A stretch of DNA of 64,000 nt from Escherichia phage BP32, in the sequence record OR906198.1, one strand, 5' to 3'. This document shows, one piece after another, positions 1 to 10,528 of the stretch (position 1 is its first letter; the number at the start of each line of letters is the position of its first letter). The notes below the pieces were generated by a model that worked only from the letters and a program-made list of their open reading frames with translations, had not been told where the DNA came from and ran no database searches. A program made the position numbers and the translations under genes.

Positions 1-1386
1 AAAGATAATGAATTGCTTAAACGAGTATATCGTCTGACTTATTCTCGTGGGTTACAGTATTATATTAAGAAATGGCCTAAACCTGGTATTGCTACCCAGA
101 GTTTTGGAATGCTGACCATTACCGATATGCTTGACTTCATTGAATTCACGTTAGCTACTCGGAAATTGACTGGAAATGCAGCAATTGAGGAATTAACTGG
201 ATATATCACTGATGGTAAAAAGGATGATGTTGAAGTTTTGCGTCGAGTGATGATGCGAGACCTTGAATGCGGTGCTTCAGTATCTATTGCAAACAAAGTT
301 TGGCCAGGTTTAATTCCTGAACAACCTCAAATGCTGGCAAGTTCTTATGATGAAAAAGGCATTAGTAAGAATATCAAGTTTCCAGCCTTTGCGCAATTAA
401 AAGCAGATGGAGCTCGGTGTTTTGCTGAAGTCCGAGGCGATGAATTAGATGATGTTCGTCTTTTATCACGAGCTGGTAATGAATATCTAGGATTAGATCT
501 TCTTAAGGAAGAGTTAATCAAAATGACTGCTGAAGCCCGCCAGATTCATCCAGAAGGTGTGTTAATTGATGGCGAATTGGTATACCATGAGCAAGTTGAA
601 AAAGAGCCAGAAGGCCTAGATTTTCTTTTTGATGCTCCTGAAATCAGTAAAGCTAAAGAATTCGCCGAAGTAGCTGAATCACGTACTGCTTCTAATGGAA
701 TCGCTAATAAATCTTTAAAGGGAACTATTTCAGAAAAAGAAGCTCAATGCATGAAGTTTCAGGTCTGGGATTATGTCCCGTTGGTAGAAATATACTGTCT
801 TCCGGCGTTTCGTTTAAAATATGATGTACGTTTTTCTAAACTAGAACAAATGGCATCAGGATATGATAAAGTAATTTTAATTGAAAACCAGGTAGTAAAT
901 AACCTAGATGAAGCTAAGGTAATTTATAAAAAGTATATTGACCAAGGTCTTGAAGGTATTATTCTCAAAAATACCGATGGATTGTGGGAAAATGCTCGTT
1001 CAAAAAATCTCTATAAATTTAAAGAAGTAATTGATGTTGATTTAAAAATTGTAGGAATTTATCCTCACCGTAAAGACCCTACTAAAGCAGGTGGATTTAT
1101 TCTTGAATCAGAGTGTGGAAAAATTAAAGTAAATGCAGGTTCAGGCTTAAAAGATAAAGCCGGTGTAAAATCACATGAACTTGACCGTACTCGCATTATG
1201 GAAAACCAAAATTATTATATTGGAAAAATTCTAGAGTGCGAATGCAACGGTTGGTTAAAATCTGATGGTCGCACTGATTACGTTAAATTATTTCTTCCAA
1301 TTGCGATTCGTTTACGTGAAGATAAAACTAAAGCTAATACATTCGAGGATGTATTTGGTGATTTTCATGAGGTAACTGGTCTATGA
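1..1386 (+). CDS. 30: ATP-dependent DNA ligase, 5'-truncated at window edge (frame open from nt 1; the track's 13 start is an internal TTG)
   Basis: Adenylation motif KADGARC (KxDG lysine); translation is near-identical to T4 DNA ligase as recalled; C-terminus ...FGDFHEVTGL. Confidence 0.93.
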   Translation, partial: KDNELLKRVYRLTYSRGLQYYIKKWPKPGIATQSFGMLTITDMLDFIEFTLATRKLTGNAAIEELTGYITDGKKDDVEVLRRVMMRDLECGASVSIANKVWPGLIPEQPQMLASSYDEKGISKNIKFPAFAQLKADGARCFAEVRGDELDDVRLLSRAGNEYLGLDLLKEELIKMTAEARQIHPEGVLIDGELVYHEQVEKEPEGLDFLFDAPEISKAKEFAEVAESRTASNGIANKSLKGTISEKEAQCMKFQVWDYVPLVEIYCLPAFRLKYDVRFSKLEQMASGYDKVILIENQVVNNLDEAKVIYKKYIDQGLEGIILKNTDGLWENARSKNLYKFKEVIDVDLKIVGIYPHRKDPTKAGGFILESECGKIKVNAGSGLKDKAGVKSHELDRTRIMENQNYYIGKILECECNGWLKSDGRTDYVKLFLPIAIRLREDKTKANTFEDVFGDFHEVTGL

Positions 1387-1571
1387 AAGCTTACTTAGAA
1401 ACAATTGTCGTGGCTCAAAAAGAAGGTGGAGATGTTTCTACTTCTGTATCACAAGTCATTCTCGAATTTGTAGATGCATATGCTTATAATAAATTTACAG
1501 AAACATTTGATGCCTATGAAAAAGGACCAAAGTTTGAAATATATCGTACTCTCTTACCACTAGATTACTAA
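1383..1571 (+). CDS. hypothetical small protein (62 aa)
   Basis: ORF with ATGA start/stop overlap with ligase (translational coupling); no recognisable motif. Confidence 0.45.
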   Translation: MKAYLETIVVAQKEGGDVSTSVSQVILEFVDAYAYNKFTETFDAYEKGPKFEIYRTLLPLDY

Positions 1572-1590
1572 AGGCCTTCGGGCCTTTAAT
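1571..1590 (+). terminator. hairpin aaggcc-ttcg-ggcctt followed by T-rich run
   Basis: UUCG-loop stem-loop read directly downstream of the 62-aa ORF. Confidence 0.45.
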
Positions 1591-1592
1591 TT

Positions 1593-1600
1593 TATAAATA
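1593..1600 (+). promoter_or_regulatory. T4-type late promoter TATAAATA upstream of alt
   Basis: Exact TATAAATA about 24 nt upstream of the alt start; alt is late-expressed and packaged in T4. Confidence 0.55.
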
Positions 1601-1623
1601 GAATAAACACTAGAGAGGATATG

Positions 1624-3717
1624 ATGGAACTCATTACAGAATTATTTGACGAAGATACTACTCTTCCGATTACAAACTTAAATCCAAAGAAGAAAATACC
1701 ACAAATTTTTTCAGTTCATGTCGATGACGCAATTGAACAACCAGGCTTTCGTTTATGTACCTATACATCTGGAGGTGATACTAATCGCGATTTAAAAATG
1801 GGCGATAAAATGATGCATATTGTTCCTTTTACATTAACTGCTAAAGGTTCAATTGCTAAATTAAAAGGTCTCGGTCCAAGCCCAATTAATTACATCAATT
1901 CAGTTTTTACTGTTGCAATGCAGACGATGCGCCAGTATAAAATTGATGCCTGCATGCTTCGTATTCTTAAGTCTAAAACTGCTGGTCAAGCTCGACAAAT
2001 TCAAGTTATTGCTGATAGACTTATCCGTAGTCGTTCAGGTGGCAGATACGTCCTTCTTAAGGAACTCTGGGATTATGATAAAAAGTATGCATATATTCTT
2101 ATACATCGCAAAAATGTATCACTAGAAGACATTCCAGGAGTTCCGGAAATTAGTACCGAGCTCTTTACTAAAGTTGAATCGAAGGTCGGCGATGTTTATA
2201 TCAATAAAGATACCGGAGCTCAAGTAACTAAAAATGAGGCAATTGCAGCATCTATTGCACAAGAAAATGATAAACGTTCTGACCAAGCTGTTATTGTTAA
2301 AGTTAAAATTTCCCGTAGAGCAATTGCACAAAGCCAGTCATTGGAATCTTCTAGATTTGAAAGCGAATTATTCCAGAAGTATGAATCTACTGCAGCTAAT
2401 TTCAATAAACCTGCTACAGCTCCTTTAATTCCCGAAGCAGAAGAAATGAAGCTTGGAATTAATTCATTAGCTTCTAAAACTAAGGCAGCAAAAATTATTG
2501 CCGAAGGAACCGCAGATGAACTTCACTATGACTATAAATTCTTTTCAAAAAGTGAGGTTAATGAAGTTTCTGAAAAAATTAAAGATGTAATTCTTAATGC
2601 GATTAAAAATGAACCAACTACTTCAATAAAATGTTTAGAGAAATACGCAGCAGCTGTTAATAAATTCTTTGAAGAATATAAAGATAATTGGCTTGATAAA
2701 CATAATAAAACCCGTAAAGGACAGCCAGATGAAGTCTGGGAAGAAATAACTAAAAATTCCTGGAACGCAGCAAAAACTAAATTCCTCAAACGAATGATTT
2801 ATAGCTTTTCTGGAATTGGTGCAGGTCCAATGATTGATATTACTATTGCCCGTGATGGTTCTAAATATACCCCATCGCAAAAGCGCGGCATTAGAGAGTA
2901 TTGTGGATCAGGATATACTGACATCAATAATCTTCTTTTAGGCCGCTACAATCCAGAACGATATGATGTAATGAGTGAAAAAGAAATTGAATCTGCGATA
3001 AATAATTTAGATTCAGCCTTTGAAAATGGTGACCGTATACCAGAAGGCATTACAGTTTATCGTGCTCAAAGTATGACTGCTCCTATATACGAAGCACTAG
3101 TTAAAAATAAAGTGTTCTATTTCAGAAATTTTGTATCTACTTCTTTAACTCCTATCATTTTTGGACGTTTTGGAATTACACATGCTGGTATCGGTCTTTT
3201 AGAACCAGAAGCTCGTAATGAATTAACAGTTGATAAAAATGAAGAAGGAATAACTATTAATCCAAACGAAATAAGAGCGTATAAAGAAAATCCTGAATAC
3301 GTTAAAGTTCAAATAGGATGGGCAATTGATGGAGCTCATAAAGTTAATGTTGTATATCCAGGAAGTCTCGGAATAGCAACTGAAGCTGAAGTTATTCTAC
3401 CGCGCGGATTGATGGTCAAAGTTAATAAAATAACTGATGCTTCTAATAATGACGGAACAACAACTAATAATACAAAACTCATTCAAGCTGAAGTTATGAC
3501 TACGGAAGAACTCACCGAATCAGTAATTTATGATGGTGACCGTCTAATGGAAACTGGTGAAGTAGTTGCAATGACAGGTGATATTGAAATAGAAGACAGA
3601 GTTGACTTTGCATCATTTGTTTCATCAAATGTTAAACAAAAAGTAGAATCATCTCTTGGAATTATTGCGTCTTGCATAGATATTACAAACATGCCTTACA
3701 AGTTCGTTCAAGGATAA
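1624..3717 (+). CDS. alt: Alt ADP-ribosyltransferase (capsid-packaged, injected)
   Basis: N-terminus MELITELFDEDTTLPITNL matches T4 Alt as recalled; ART motifs YRAQ (Arg), FVSTSL (STS), EAEVILPRG (ExE); RBS GAGAGGA favours the second ATG (1624). Confidence 0.85.
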   Translation: MELITELFDEDTTLPITNLNPKKKIPQIFSVHVDDAIEQPGFRLCTYTSGGDTNRDLKMGDKMMHIVPFTLTAKGSIAKLKGLGPSPINYINSVFTVAMQTMRQYKIDACMLRILKSKTAGQARQIQVIADRLIRSRSGGRYVLLKELWDYDKKYAYILIHRKNVSLEDIPGVPEISTELFTKVESKVGDVYINKDTGAQVTKNEAIAASIAQENDKRSDQAVIVKVKISRRAIAQSQSLESSRFESELFQKYESTAANFNKPATAPLIPEAEEMKLGINSLASKTKAAKIIAEGTADELHYDYKFFSKSEVNEVSEKIKDVILNAIKNEPTTSIKCLEKYAAAVNKFFEEYKDNWLDKHNKTRKGQPDEVWEEITKNSWNAAKTKFLKRMIYSFSGIGAGPMIDITIARDGSKYTPSQKRGIREYCGSGYTDINNLLLGRYNPERYDVMSEKEIESAINNLDSAFENGDRIPEGITVYRAQSMTAPIYEALVKNKVFYFRNFVSTSLTPIIFGRFGITHAGIGLLEPEARNELTVDKNEEGITINPNEIRAYKENPEYVKVQIGWAIDGAHKVNVVYPGSLGIATEAEVILPRGLMVKVNKITDASNNDGTTTNNTKLIQAEVMTTEELTESVIYDGDRLMETGEVVAMTGDIEIEDRVDFASFVSSNVKQKVESSLGIIASCIDITNMPYKFVQG

Positions 3718-3720
3718 ATC

Positions 3721-5778
3721 ATGGAACTTATTACAGAATTATTTGACGGCGCTTCGGCGCCGGTTGTTAACTTAAATCCTAAGCATAAAATACCTCAAAT
3801 TTTTGCTATTCAAGCCGGTGAAGAAAGCGTGCTTCCTGGATTTAGATTTTGTACATACACCTCTGGCGGTGATACAAATAAAAACGTTAAGCCAGGCGAT
3901 AAAATGATGCATATCGTAATGATAGGCGTTAATGAGAAACTATCATTAGTTAAACTTAAAAACTTGGGTGGAAATCCAATTGGTGTCATTAATGCGGTTT
4001 TTGATACTGCTCTTCAAACAATGAAGCAGTATAAAATTGACGCATGTCTATTCCGCGTACTAAAGAGTAAAACAAACGGTGCAGGTCGGCAAATGCAAGT
4101 TATTGCCGACCGTTTAGTACGTACTAAAGGAGCAGGTCGATATGTTCTTTTAAAAGAAATCTGGGACTATGATAAAAAATATGCATATATTATGGTTTAC
4201 CGTAAAAATGCCAATTTAGAAGACATTCCAGGTGTACCTCCTATTTCAACTGAGTTATTCACAAAAGTTGAATCAAAGGTTGGTGATGTTTATGTAGACG
4301 TTAAAACAGGTAATGCTGTTCCTAAAGCTGTCGCTGTTGCTGCTTCTATTGCTTTAGAAAATGATAAGCGCACGGATCAAGCTGTTATTCAGAAAACTAA
4401 AATTAGTCGTCGATTAGCAGCTCAAGCTCAATATTCTACTGTCGATGCTTCACTTCAGGGTGATAGCTTCGCTGCTAAGAAATATCAAGAGTTTGAATCT
4501 AAAGTTCCGGTATATAAAGCAGAAGGACCAATGAACTCTGGCGTTATTCAGGTTGGTTCAAACTTCAGCAAAGGAGCTATCGGTGGTATGAGAAGTGCTT
4601 CTCGTTTTAAATCTAGTGATTATGAACTCGAAAGCTTCCGAAATCATATTGCATTGGCTCATGCACGTTTACGTGATCCATCTATCAAGTTACAGAGCGA
4701 TATAACATATCAAGGTTCTCAAGAATATTTAAAGAATAAAGAATTTTTTGATTATAAAACTGATAAAATTTTAAGCGATCTTGCTGACATTAATATTTCT
4801 AATAGCTTTGATGTTATTAAGAAAATTGTCAATGATTTAGTTAAAGGTTCTAAAGCCACACCAGATGAAAAGGTAGCTATTGTTCAATTTGTCATGAATG
4901 GCGTTTATAAATTGATTAATGAGTCTGCTTCTCAAGCGTATGAATATGCAAGTACTGAAGTAACTCCAAAAGGATTAACTCAGGCTGAGTCTGATGTAAT
5001 TGAAGATTATTGTGCAGATTCATATGTTGAAATGAACTCGTTCCTTTTAGGTAAACCGGATTCTACCCGTGAAGAATATATGGAACGAGCTATTAAACAC
5101 ATCGAGACAATGGATTCTGCCTTTGCCAAAGGGTCAGTTCTTCCTCCAGGAACTACGCTTTACCGTGGCCAAGAAGTTACCTTTAAAACTTTACGTCATA
5201 ATATTGAAAATAAAATGTTCTATTTCAAGAACTTCGTATCCACATCACTTAAACCAAATATCTTCGGTGAGTATGGTAAAAACTATATGGCCCTAGATGA
5301 TTCCAGTGCAGTATTTTCTGGTGAAGGAGAAGGTTCAGTTGATGCTGAAGATTTAATGCATATGGGTAGTCATTCTGCATATGCTAATGAAGATGCTGAA
5401 ACTAGCGTGGGTATGGTAATTAAAGGAGCTGAGCGAATCAAAGTTATCGTTCCAGGTCATTTATCAGGATTTCCATCAGAAGCTGAAGTTATTTTACCGC
5501 GTGGAATTTTGCTGAAGATTAATAAAGTGAGTACGTACATGATGAAAGAAACTGCTTATAACAAGTATCTAATAGAAGGCACAATCGTTCCTCCTTCTGA
5601 ACAATTAGAAGAATCGGTATATGACGGCGACCATCTAATGGAAACTGGTGAAGTTCGTCCAATGGCTGGATTTAATCAATTCCTTGTAGAAGAATCAAAA
5701 GAAGAGGAAAACGAAGTTTCTCAAATCTTGGCTTCTTTGGTTAACATCAACGGAATGTCTAAAAAGTTCAAAATGTAG
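3721..5778 (+). CDS. second Alt-family ADP-ribosyltransferase paralog (685 aa)
   Basis: Conserved N-terminus MELITELFDG...KIPQIF...PGFRFCTYTSGGDTN...GDKMMHIV; ART motifs YRGQ, FVSTSL, EAEVILPRG; central region diverges from copy 1. Confidence 0.8.
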   Translation: MELITELFDGASAPVVNLNPKHKIPQIFAIQAGEESVLPGFRFCTYTSGGDTNKNVKPGDKMMHIVMIGVNEKLSLVKLKNLGGNPIGVINAVFDTALQTMKQYKIDACLFRVLKSKTNGAGRQMQVIADRLVRTKGAGRYVLLKEIWDYDKKYAYIMVYRKNANLEDIPGVPPISTELFTKVESKVGDVYVDVKTGNAVPKAVAVAASIALENDKRTDQAVIQKTKISRRLAAQAQYSTVDASLQGDSFAAKKYQEFESKVPVYKAEGPMNSGVIQVGSNFSKGAIGGMRSASRFKSSDYELESFRNHIALAHARLRDPSIKLQSDITYQGSQEYLKNKEFFDYKTDKILSDLADINISNSFDVIKKIVNDLVKGSKATPDEKVAIVQFVMNGVYKLINESASQAYEYASTEVTPKGLTQAESDVIEDYCADSYVEMNSFLLGKPDSTREEYMERAIKHIETMDSAFAKGSVLPPGTTLYRGQEVTFKTLRHNIENKMFYFKNFVSTSLKPNIFGEYGKNYMALDDSSAVFSGEGEGSVDAEDLMHMGSHSAYANEDAETSVGMVIKGAERIKVIVPGHLSGFPSEAEVILPRGILLKINKVSTYMMKETAYNKYLIEGTIVPPSEQLEESVYDGDHLMETGEVRPMAGFNQFLVEESKEEENEVSQILASLVNINGMSKKFKM

Positions 5779-5838
5779 TTTACAAGTCCCTCGTGTTGTG
5801 TTATAATAATCTTACTGACATAACATGAGGAACACAAA

Positions 5839-6129
5839 ATGAAATCTTCTTTACGCTTTTTAGGTCAAGAACTCGTAGTTGAAGGCGTTATTCCTGCTGA
5901 TAACGCTTTTAATGAAGCAGTTTATGATGAATTTATCAAAATTTTTGGAACAGATAAAAAGTTCGGAATTTTTCCTTCTGAAAATTTTTCAAAGCCAGAA
6001 CAGACTGAAAGCATTTTCCAAGGTGTAGTAACAGGTAAATTTGAGTCAGAAGCTCCGGTAAAAATTGAAGTTTATATTGAAGACAGTTTAGTTGCTTCAG
6101 TTGCTGCTTTTATTTCATTCCGTAAATAA
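5839..6129 (+). CDS. hypothetical protein (96 aa)
   Basis: ORF with upstream RBS GAGGAA; convergent with gene 54. Confidence 0.5.
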   Translation: MKSSLRFLGQELVVEGVIPADNAFNEAVYDEFIKIFGTDKKFGIFPSENFSKPEQTESIFQGVVTGKFESEAPVKIEVYIEDSLVASVAAFISFRK

Positions 6130-6133
6130 AAAC

Positions 6134-6155
6134 ATGGGGACCGAAAGGTCCCCAT
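6134..6155. terminator. bidirectional hairpin terminator atggggacc-gaaa-ggtccccat
   Basis: Perfect 9-bp stem with GNRA loop between convergent genes. Confidence 0.55.
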
Positions 6156-6157
6156 TG

Positions 6158-7123
6158 TTATATTGCTCCTAATATTTTACTTTGCGAGTTGACAATTCCC
6201 GTCATAGTATTAATGTTTGAAATGCTTCCTGCAGTTCCTCCTAATCTACTAAGTCGTGAAAGCGAATTAGATAGTCCAGTAACACCTCCACTATTTCCGA
6301 GAACGCTTTGAATGCCATTTATAGCAGCAGATTCAAGCCATTCAAGCGCAGCTTGTCTATCAACTGCTCCAGCCTGCATGACTCTATACGCAAAAGTAAC
6401 ATCAAATGTAGTTATTTGGTTATCTCCATCATATGATAACTCAGGAGCGCTCACTGACACTGGAATGCATCCGGTGAACATCACAGCAGTATGAGGTAAT
6501 CCATTACGAGCATGAAGATTAACCTGAATGTCTGCCTCGACATCTTGTGGCAAAGCACGCAGTCCAGTTACTGGGTCTTGAACAGCGTTAACCCAGTCTT
6601 GCATCGCACGATAATTACATGCTTCTGAATCCATTCTAAATGAAATAACCAAAGGGTCTAATTCTCTCCCAGTTATACGAACATTAGGAGAATTATAGTT
6701 CCAGTCAGTTTCATAGGATAATCTATTCTCTGGCATTTTTACAGAATATATCATCAATCCAGATGAGTTATATGCCATGTTAAAGAAGTCAATTAAATAT
6801 GTACCAACTGTAAATGAGCCTAATAAACTTTGAACTGTACGTTGACTCATGGCACCAATAAGATATTTACTAACTCCTGATTTTCTTATCAGTTTTTGTG
6901 TGCCAGCAGTAATTAGCGTGGTAATTCCCTGATTAATATCGCCTTGAGTCAATCCTAACCAATCTGAATTTAAACCCAAGTTATTATAAGAAAAGTTGCT
7001 AATTGAACTTATCAACGAAGAGCTTTTAGTTGATGGAGTTGTCGCAAAAACGCAGCTAAACATATTATTACGTTGGAAATCTGCGTTTATTGCTTGATTA
7101 TTAAATTCCTCTAAAGAATACAT
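6158..7123 (-). CDS. 54: baseplate tail tube initiator gp54
   Basis: 321 aa; position and length match T4 gp54 in the 29-48-54-alt synteny. Confidence 0.85.
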   Translation of the reverse strand: MYSLEEFNNQAINADFQRNNMFSCVFATTPSTKSSSLISSISNFSYNNLGLNSDWLGLTQGDINQGITTLITAGTQKLIRKSGVSKYLIGAMSQRTVQSLLGSFTVGTYLIDFFNMAYNSSGLMIYSVKMPENRLSYETDWNYNSPNVRITGRELDPLVISFRMDSEACNYRAMQDWVNAVQDPVTGLRALPQDVEADIQVNLHARNGLPHTAVMFTGCIPVSVSAPELSYDGDNQITTFDVTFAYRVMQAGAVDRQAALEWLESAAINGIQSVLGNSGGVTGLSNSLSRLSRLGGTAGSISNINTMTGIVNSQSKILGAI

Positions 7124-8217
7124 TAAAAAGTCCCCGCATATAAAGAAGCACGGTTTAACGTGATAATTTCTCTCATAGTAATCTCGAGAGTAAATGTACT
7201 AGGGAGGTTTGGAGCAATAGCTAATCCGTTAAAGTTACCATTAGGTGTTTTATCAAATCTGATACTCTGTATTTGGCATGGGCCAAATATTTCCGTTTTT
7301 CCATCAAACTTAGATGTTGCACCAAAGTTTTTCACCATCCAAATTGTCGGGTTTGAAACTACTAGAACGTTAGTTAAACTCGATGTCATTTTCTCAAATA
7401 GTGTTTTATTTTTAGCTGCGTCTTCCGGAGATAAAGGTTCAATTAACGTAGAACGATACCAATCATCTAAATACCCCTTTATTTCAGCAGCATATTGAGA
7501 TTTGCCCGTTTCACCATAAGAAAAATAGTTAAAATATTGATAGATATTAATAATAGCCATTAAATCTTCTGTGGAACGTGGAGTCAAATCCCATGTAAAC
7601 ACTTTAGTTCTATTTTCAGCGCCACCATACATACTTCTGGCTGTCGTATAAATCTGTTCATTATTATCAGCCATTATACCTTGTGTTATACTTTCCAGTG
7701 CCCCAAATACTGCAGTTGAAGCAATATTACTTAGCACACCAGTAGCAGTACCTCCGCCTCTGCTGATAAGACTTTCTTGAACATCATTAAATCTATGTGA
7801 TGATGTATCAACATCAGATTTAGATCTTGGTAAAAGAATATTTGCAACAGGGGCTTTACTTATTGTTCCTGAATTATTATCTGATATTAATCCATTTGAC
7901 AGTTTTGATACTGTATTACTGATAGTGTTTCTGGCTGTACGTAAAATACTCGAAGATGAAGAAGAGTAGTTAGATCTCATCGATCTAAGACTTCCAGAAT
8001 CCCTAGATGACATATTGTATGCAGTAAATAATAATCCATTCTTATATAGATCTGTTACCTGGAAGTCCCCTGTAGTGTCATTACCACTAGCACGCCCAGT
8101 TGGAAACTGGGCAGTATATGTTTTAGTTGCTACTTCTGATTTAGTACTCTGTCCGGCTGAAATTTTCTCACCGGACTTTTTAATTAAATCAGCAGTTATT
8201 TCTTTAACAATTGCCAT
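7123..8217 (-). CDS. 48: baseplate tail tube cap gp48
   Basis: 364 aa, same as T4 gp48; synteny. Confidence 0.85.
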   Translation of the reverse strand: MAIVKEITADLIKKSGEKISAGQSTKSEVATKTYTAQFPTGRASGNDTTGDFQVTDLYKNGLLFTAYNMSSRDSGSLRSMRSNYSSSSSSILRTARNTISNTVSKLSNGLISDNNSGTISKAPVANILLPRSKSDVDTSSHRFNDVQESLISRGGGTATGVLSNIASTAVFGALESITQGIMADNNEQIYTTARSMYGGAENRTKVFTWDLTPRSTEDLMAIINIYQYFNYFSYGETGKSQYAAEIKGYLDDWYRSTLIEPLSPEDAAKNKTLFEKMTSSLTNVLVVSNPTIWMVKNFGATSKFDGKTEIFGPCQIQSIRFDKTPNGNFNGLAIAPNLPSTFTLEITMREIITLNRASLYAGTF

Positions 8218-8225
8218 ATTATTCC

Positions 8226-9998
8226 TTAATTAACTCCTGTCGCGTCAAATACACCGGGAGCAGTTGTACTCGTAACAGGTGTCATATTATGAACGACAGT
8301 ATTTTTCTTAATAACATTATTAGTATTATTGATCGAAGGAGATACTTGTTGAACAGGAGCTTGCTGTGCTTTGTTCTTTTCAATAACCTGGACTTGTTTT
8401 GCTTCTGGCGATTTAGCAGAAGTTTCAGGCTTGGCGTTAGGCTGATTTTTCTTAAGCTCTTGATAAGTAGCATCAATTTTAGAAAATCTAGCAGCAAGTT
8501 CTTTTTTAACTGCCGGTGAATTATTTAAATCTGGGTCATCCATCCGTTTTTTAAGGTCTTCATAGGCAGCTTCAACTGATTTAACTGTTGAGTCTTTACT
8601 CATATCAGCCGAATCAGCATATTTTTCAAAGCGAATCATCGCCGCGCGCGCTTCATTAGCCTTCATTAAAGCATTTTTTCTTTCTTCAGGTGAAAGTTGC
8701 TTTAATTTTTCTTCTTCTGCTGCACGTTCTTCGTCGGTAGTTAGTGCTTCTTTATTATCAACGCCACGAATCCAGTTAGATGCACGAGTTTTCCAGTTCG
8801 CAATTTTGTCTAGTCCTTCTGCTATTGGACCAAGGTCTCCATTCATTCGTTTATCTTGATAATTTGCAACTTTTTCCTGGTCTTCTTTATTGAGAGATGC
8901 TCCAGTAGAATTTTGGAAATTTTCTAGCGCTCTTCCTTCTACTTCATCAGCGGTATCCTTCATACCAGGAATAACTCGAAGAATTGCCGCAGATAATTTA
9001 GCCATTCCAAGCTGAATAAGTTCTCCTAAATTATAAAGAACCTTTCCAAGCCCTTCTACAATAGCTACTGTCAATCCGCCCCAATCTCCCGCTTCCCAGA
9101 ATTTTTTAATTTCATCAATAGAACTAAAGATGCTCTGTAATAAAGGACCCCATGTTCCAGTTTCGCTAGAGAATTTAGTAAAGTCTGTACTAAACAAATC
9201 CCAAGCCTGTGAAAATTTATCTGACCAATATTTGAAATGAACCATCAGCAGGTCTATTCCGACAACAACAGCCAATATCATTGCTGTCATTTTAGCAGCT
9301 TCAATAGCAGCACTGACGGTATACTTAAATAGCATGCTTGATATTTTATCAGTAATTGAAATAGATTTCTTAAATCCGAAATCAACAGTCTTTGTTAATT
9401 TATCTAAAGCTTGAGATAATTTTAAGTTAAATGCGTCTTTTTTCTGTTTTTCTTCTGGCGATTCTTGTTTAGGTTCAACTGGCTGAGGGGTAGGGAAAAA
9501 ATCAGCATCAGGATCATTATTAACTGCTTCAGGAGCTGGTAATAAAGGACCCACAGATTCAGCTGTATCGTCCTCAACAACTTTAACAGGAATAGCGCTT
9601 TCGACTGTGGCTAAACTAGTTCCTGTTTGTTGAATTCCGGCTGTCTGAATTTTTTGCTCTAGTAAACTTGTTAATTTATCTAATTTGCTCCCGAGTGATT
9701 CACCGATTTCTTTATTAATATTATTGCCAATTTCGACAGTTTCAGCAATTAACTCAGAACCAGCAGTAGTATCACTCACTGCGCTTTCTACGTTGTCAAT
9801 TGCTCCAATTATTTCATTCGATTTTTCTTCGACAGTTTGAGCAATTAATTCAGAAGCAGCTTGAGCATCATCCAATTTCGTAGATATATCGTTAAGTCCA
9901 GATAAAGTGTTAGAAGCGGATTTAGCCGCTTCCTGTGTTGGTTTATTATCTGAAATAACTTTTCTACGCATCGTTTGCATTTCTTGTGGCTTTTTCAT
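8226..9998 (-). CDS. 29: tail tape measure / baseplate hub protein gp29
   Basis: 590 aa, same as T4 gp29; coiled-coil rich; synteny. Confidence 0.85.
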   Translation of the reverse strand: MKKPQEMQTMRRKVISDNKPTQEAAKSASNTLSGLNDISTKLDDAQAASELIAQTVEEKSNEIIGAIDNVESAVSDTTAGSELIAETVEIGNNINKEIGESLGSKLDKLTSLLEQKIQTAGIQQTGTSLATVESAIPVKVVEDDTAESVGPLLPAPEAVNNDPDADFFPTPQPVEPKQESPEEKQKKDAFNLKLSQALDKLTKTVDFGFKKSISITDKISSMLFKYTVSAAIEAAKMTAMILAVVVGIDLLMVHFKYWSDKFSQAWDLFSTDFTKFSSETGTWGPLLQSIFSSIDEIKKFWEAGDWGGLTVAIVEGLGKVLYNLGELIQLGMAKLSAAILRVIPGMKDTADEVEGRALENFQNSTGASLNKEDQEKVANYQDKRMNGDLGPIAEGLDKIANWKTRASNWIRGVDNKEALTTDEERAAEEEKLKQLSPEERKNALMKANEARAAMIRFEKYADSADMSKDSTVKSVEAAYEDLKKRMDDPDLNNSPAVKKELAARFSKIDATYQELKKNQPNAKPETSAKSPEAKQVQVIEKNKAQQAPVQQVSPSINNTNNVIKKNTVVHNMTPVTSTTAPGVFDATGVN

Positions 9999-10528
9999 TC
10001 AAATAATCCAATAATATTGCCAATTCCGGTTATTGGACCATTAGGGCCAGGAATTGCTAAAGTTGTAAAAATATCATTTGCCCATTTTAAAACGAATGCT
10101 GGCATCTCAAGAAAATTAATTTCTTTAACTTCATCATTGACCTTAAGCAAGCATTTGGATAACATATCGCTCACAGTTAAAAATTGTTCAAATTTTCCAG
10201 GAGGTCTAAAATAAAATGTATTTCCTTGGTATTGAAATTCTAATCTTTGGCATACATAAACATCATTAATGTCATAAGTATAACCATCTATTTCTTTACG
10301 AGATTTAATCTTTCCATTAAATTCCAATAAATGAATAGAAACGAAATCAACTTCTGCCGGTGATAAATTCGGACAAATAGAATCAATAAGAAGTTTTAAA
10401 TTTTCATCAGGACCTTTAACATCTTTTAAAATGTTATAGTGTTTAAGACCCATTTTAGGAATAGAAACTTCTTTATTGCTTATTGGAAGAACTACTTTCT
10501 TCAGTGGTAGTATCAGATTTAAATTCAT
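9995..10528 (-). CDS. 28: baseplate hub distal subunit gp28
   Basis: 177 aa, same as T4 gp28; synteny. Confidence 0.8.
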   Translation of the reverse strand: MNLNLILPLKKVVLPISNKEVSIPKMGLKHYNILKDVKGPDENLKLLIDSICPNLSPAEVDFVSIHLLEFNGKIKSRKEIDGYTYDINDVYVCQRLEFQYQGNTFYFRPPGKFEQFLTVSDMLSKCLLKVNDEVKEINFLEMPAFVLKWANDIFTTLAIPGPNGPITGIGNIIGLFE

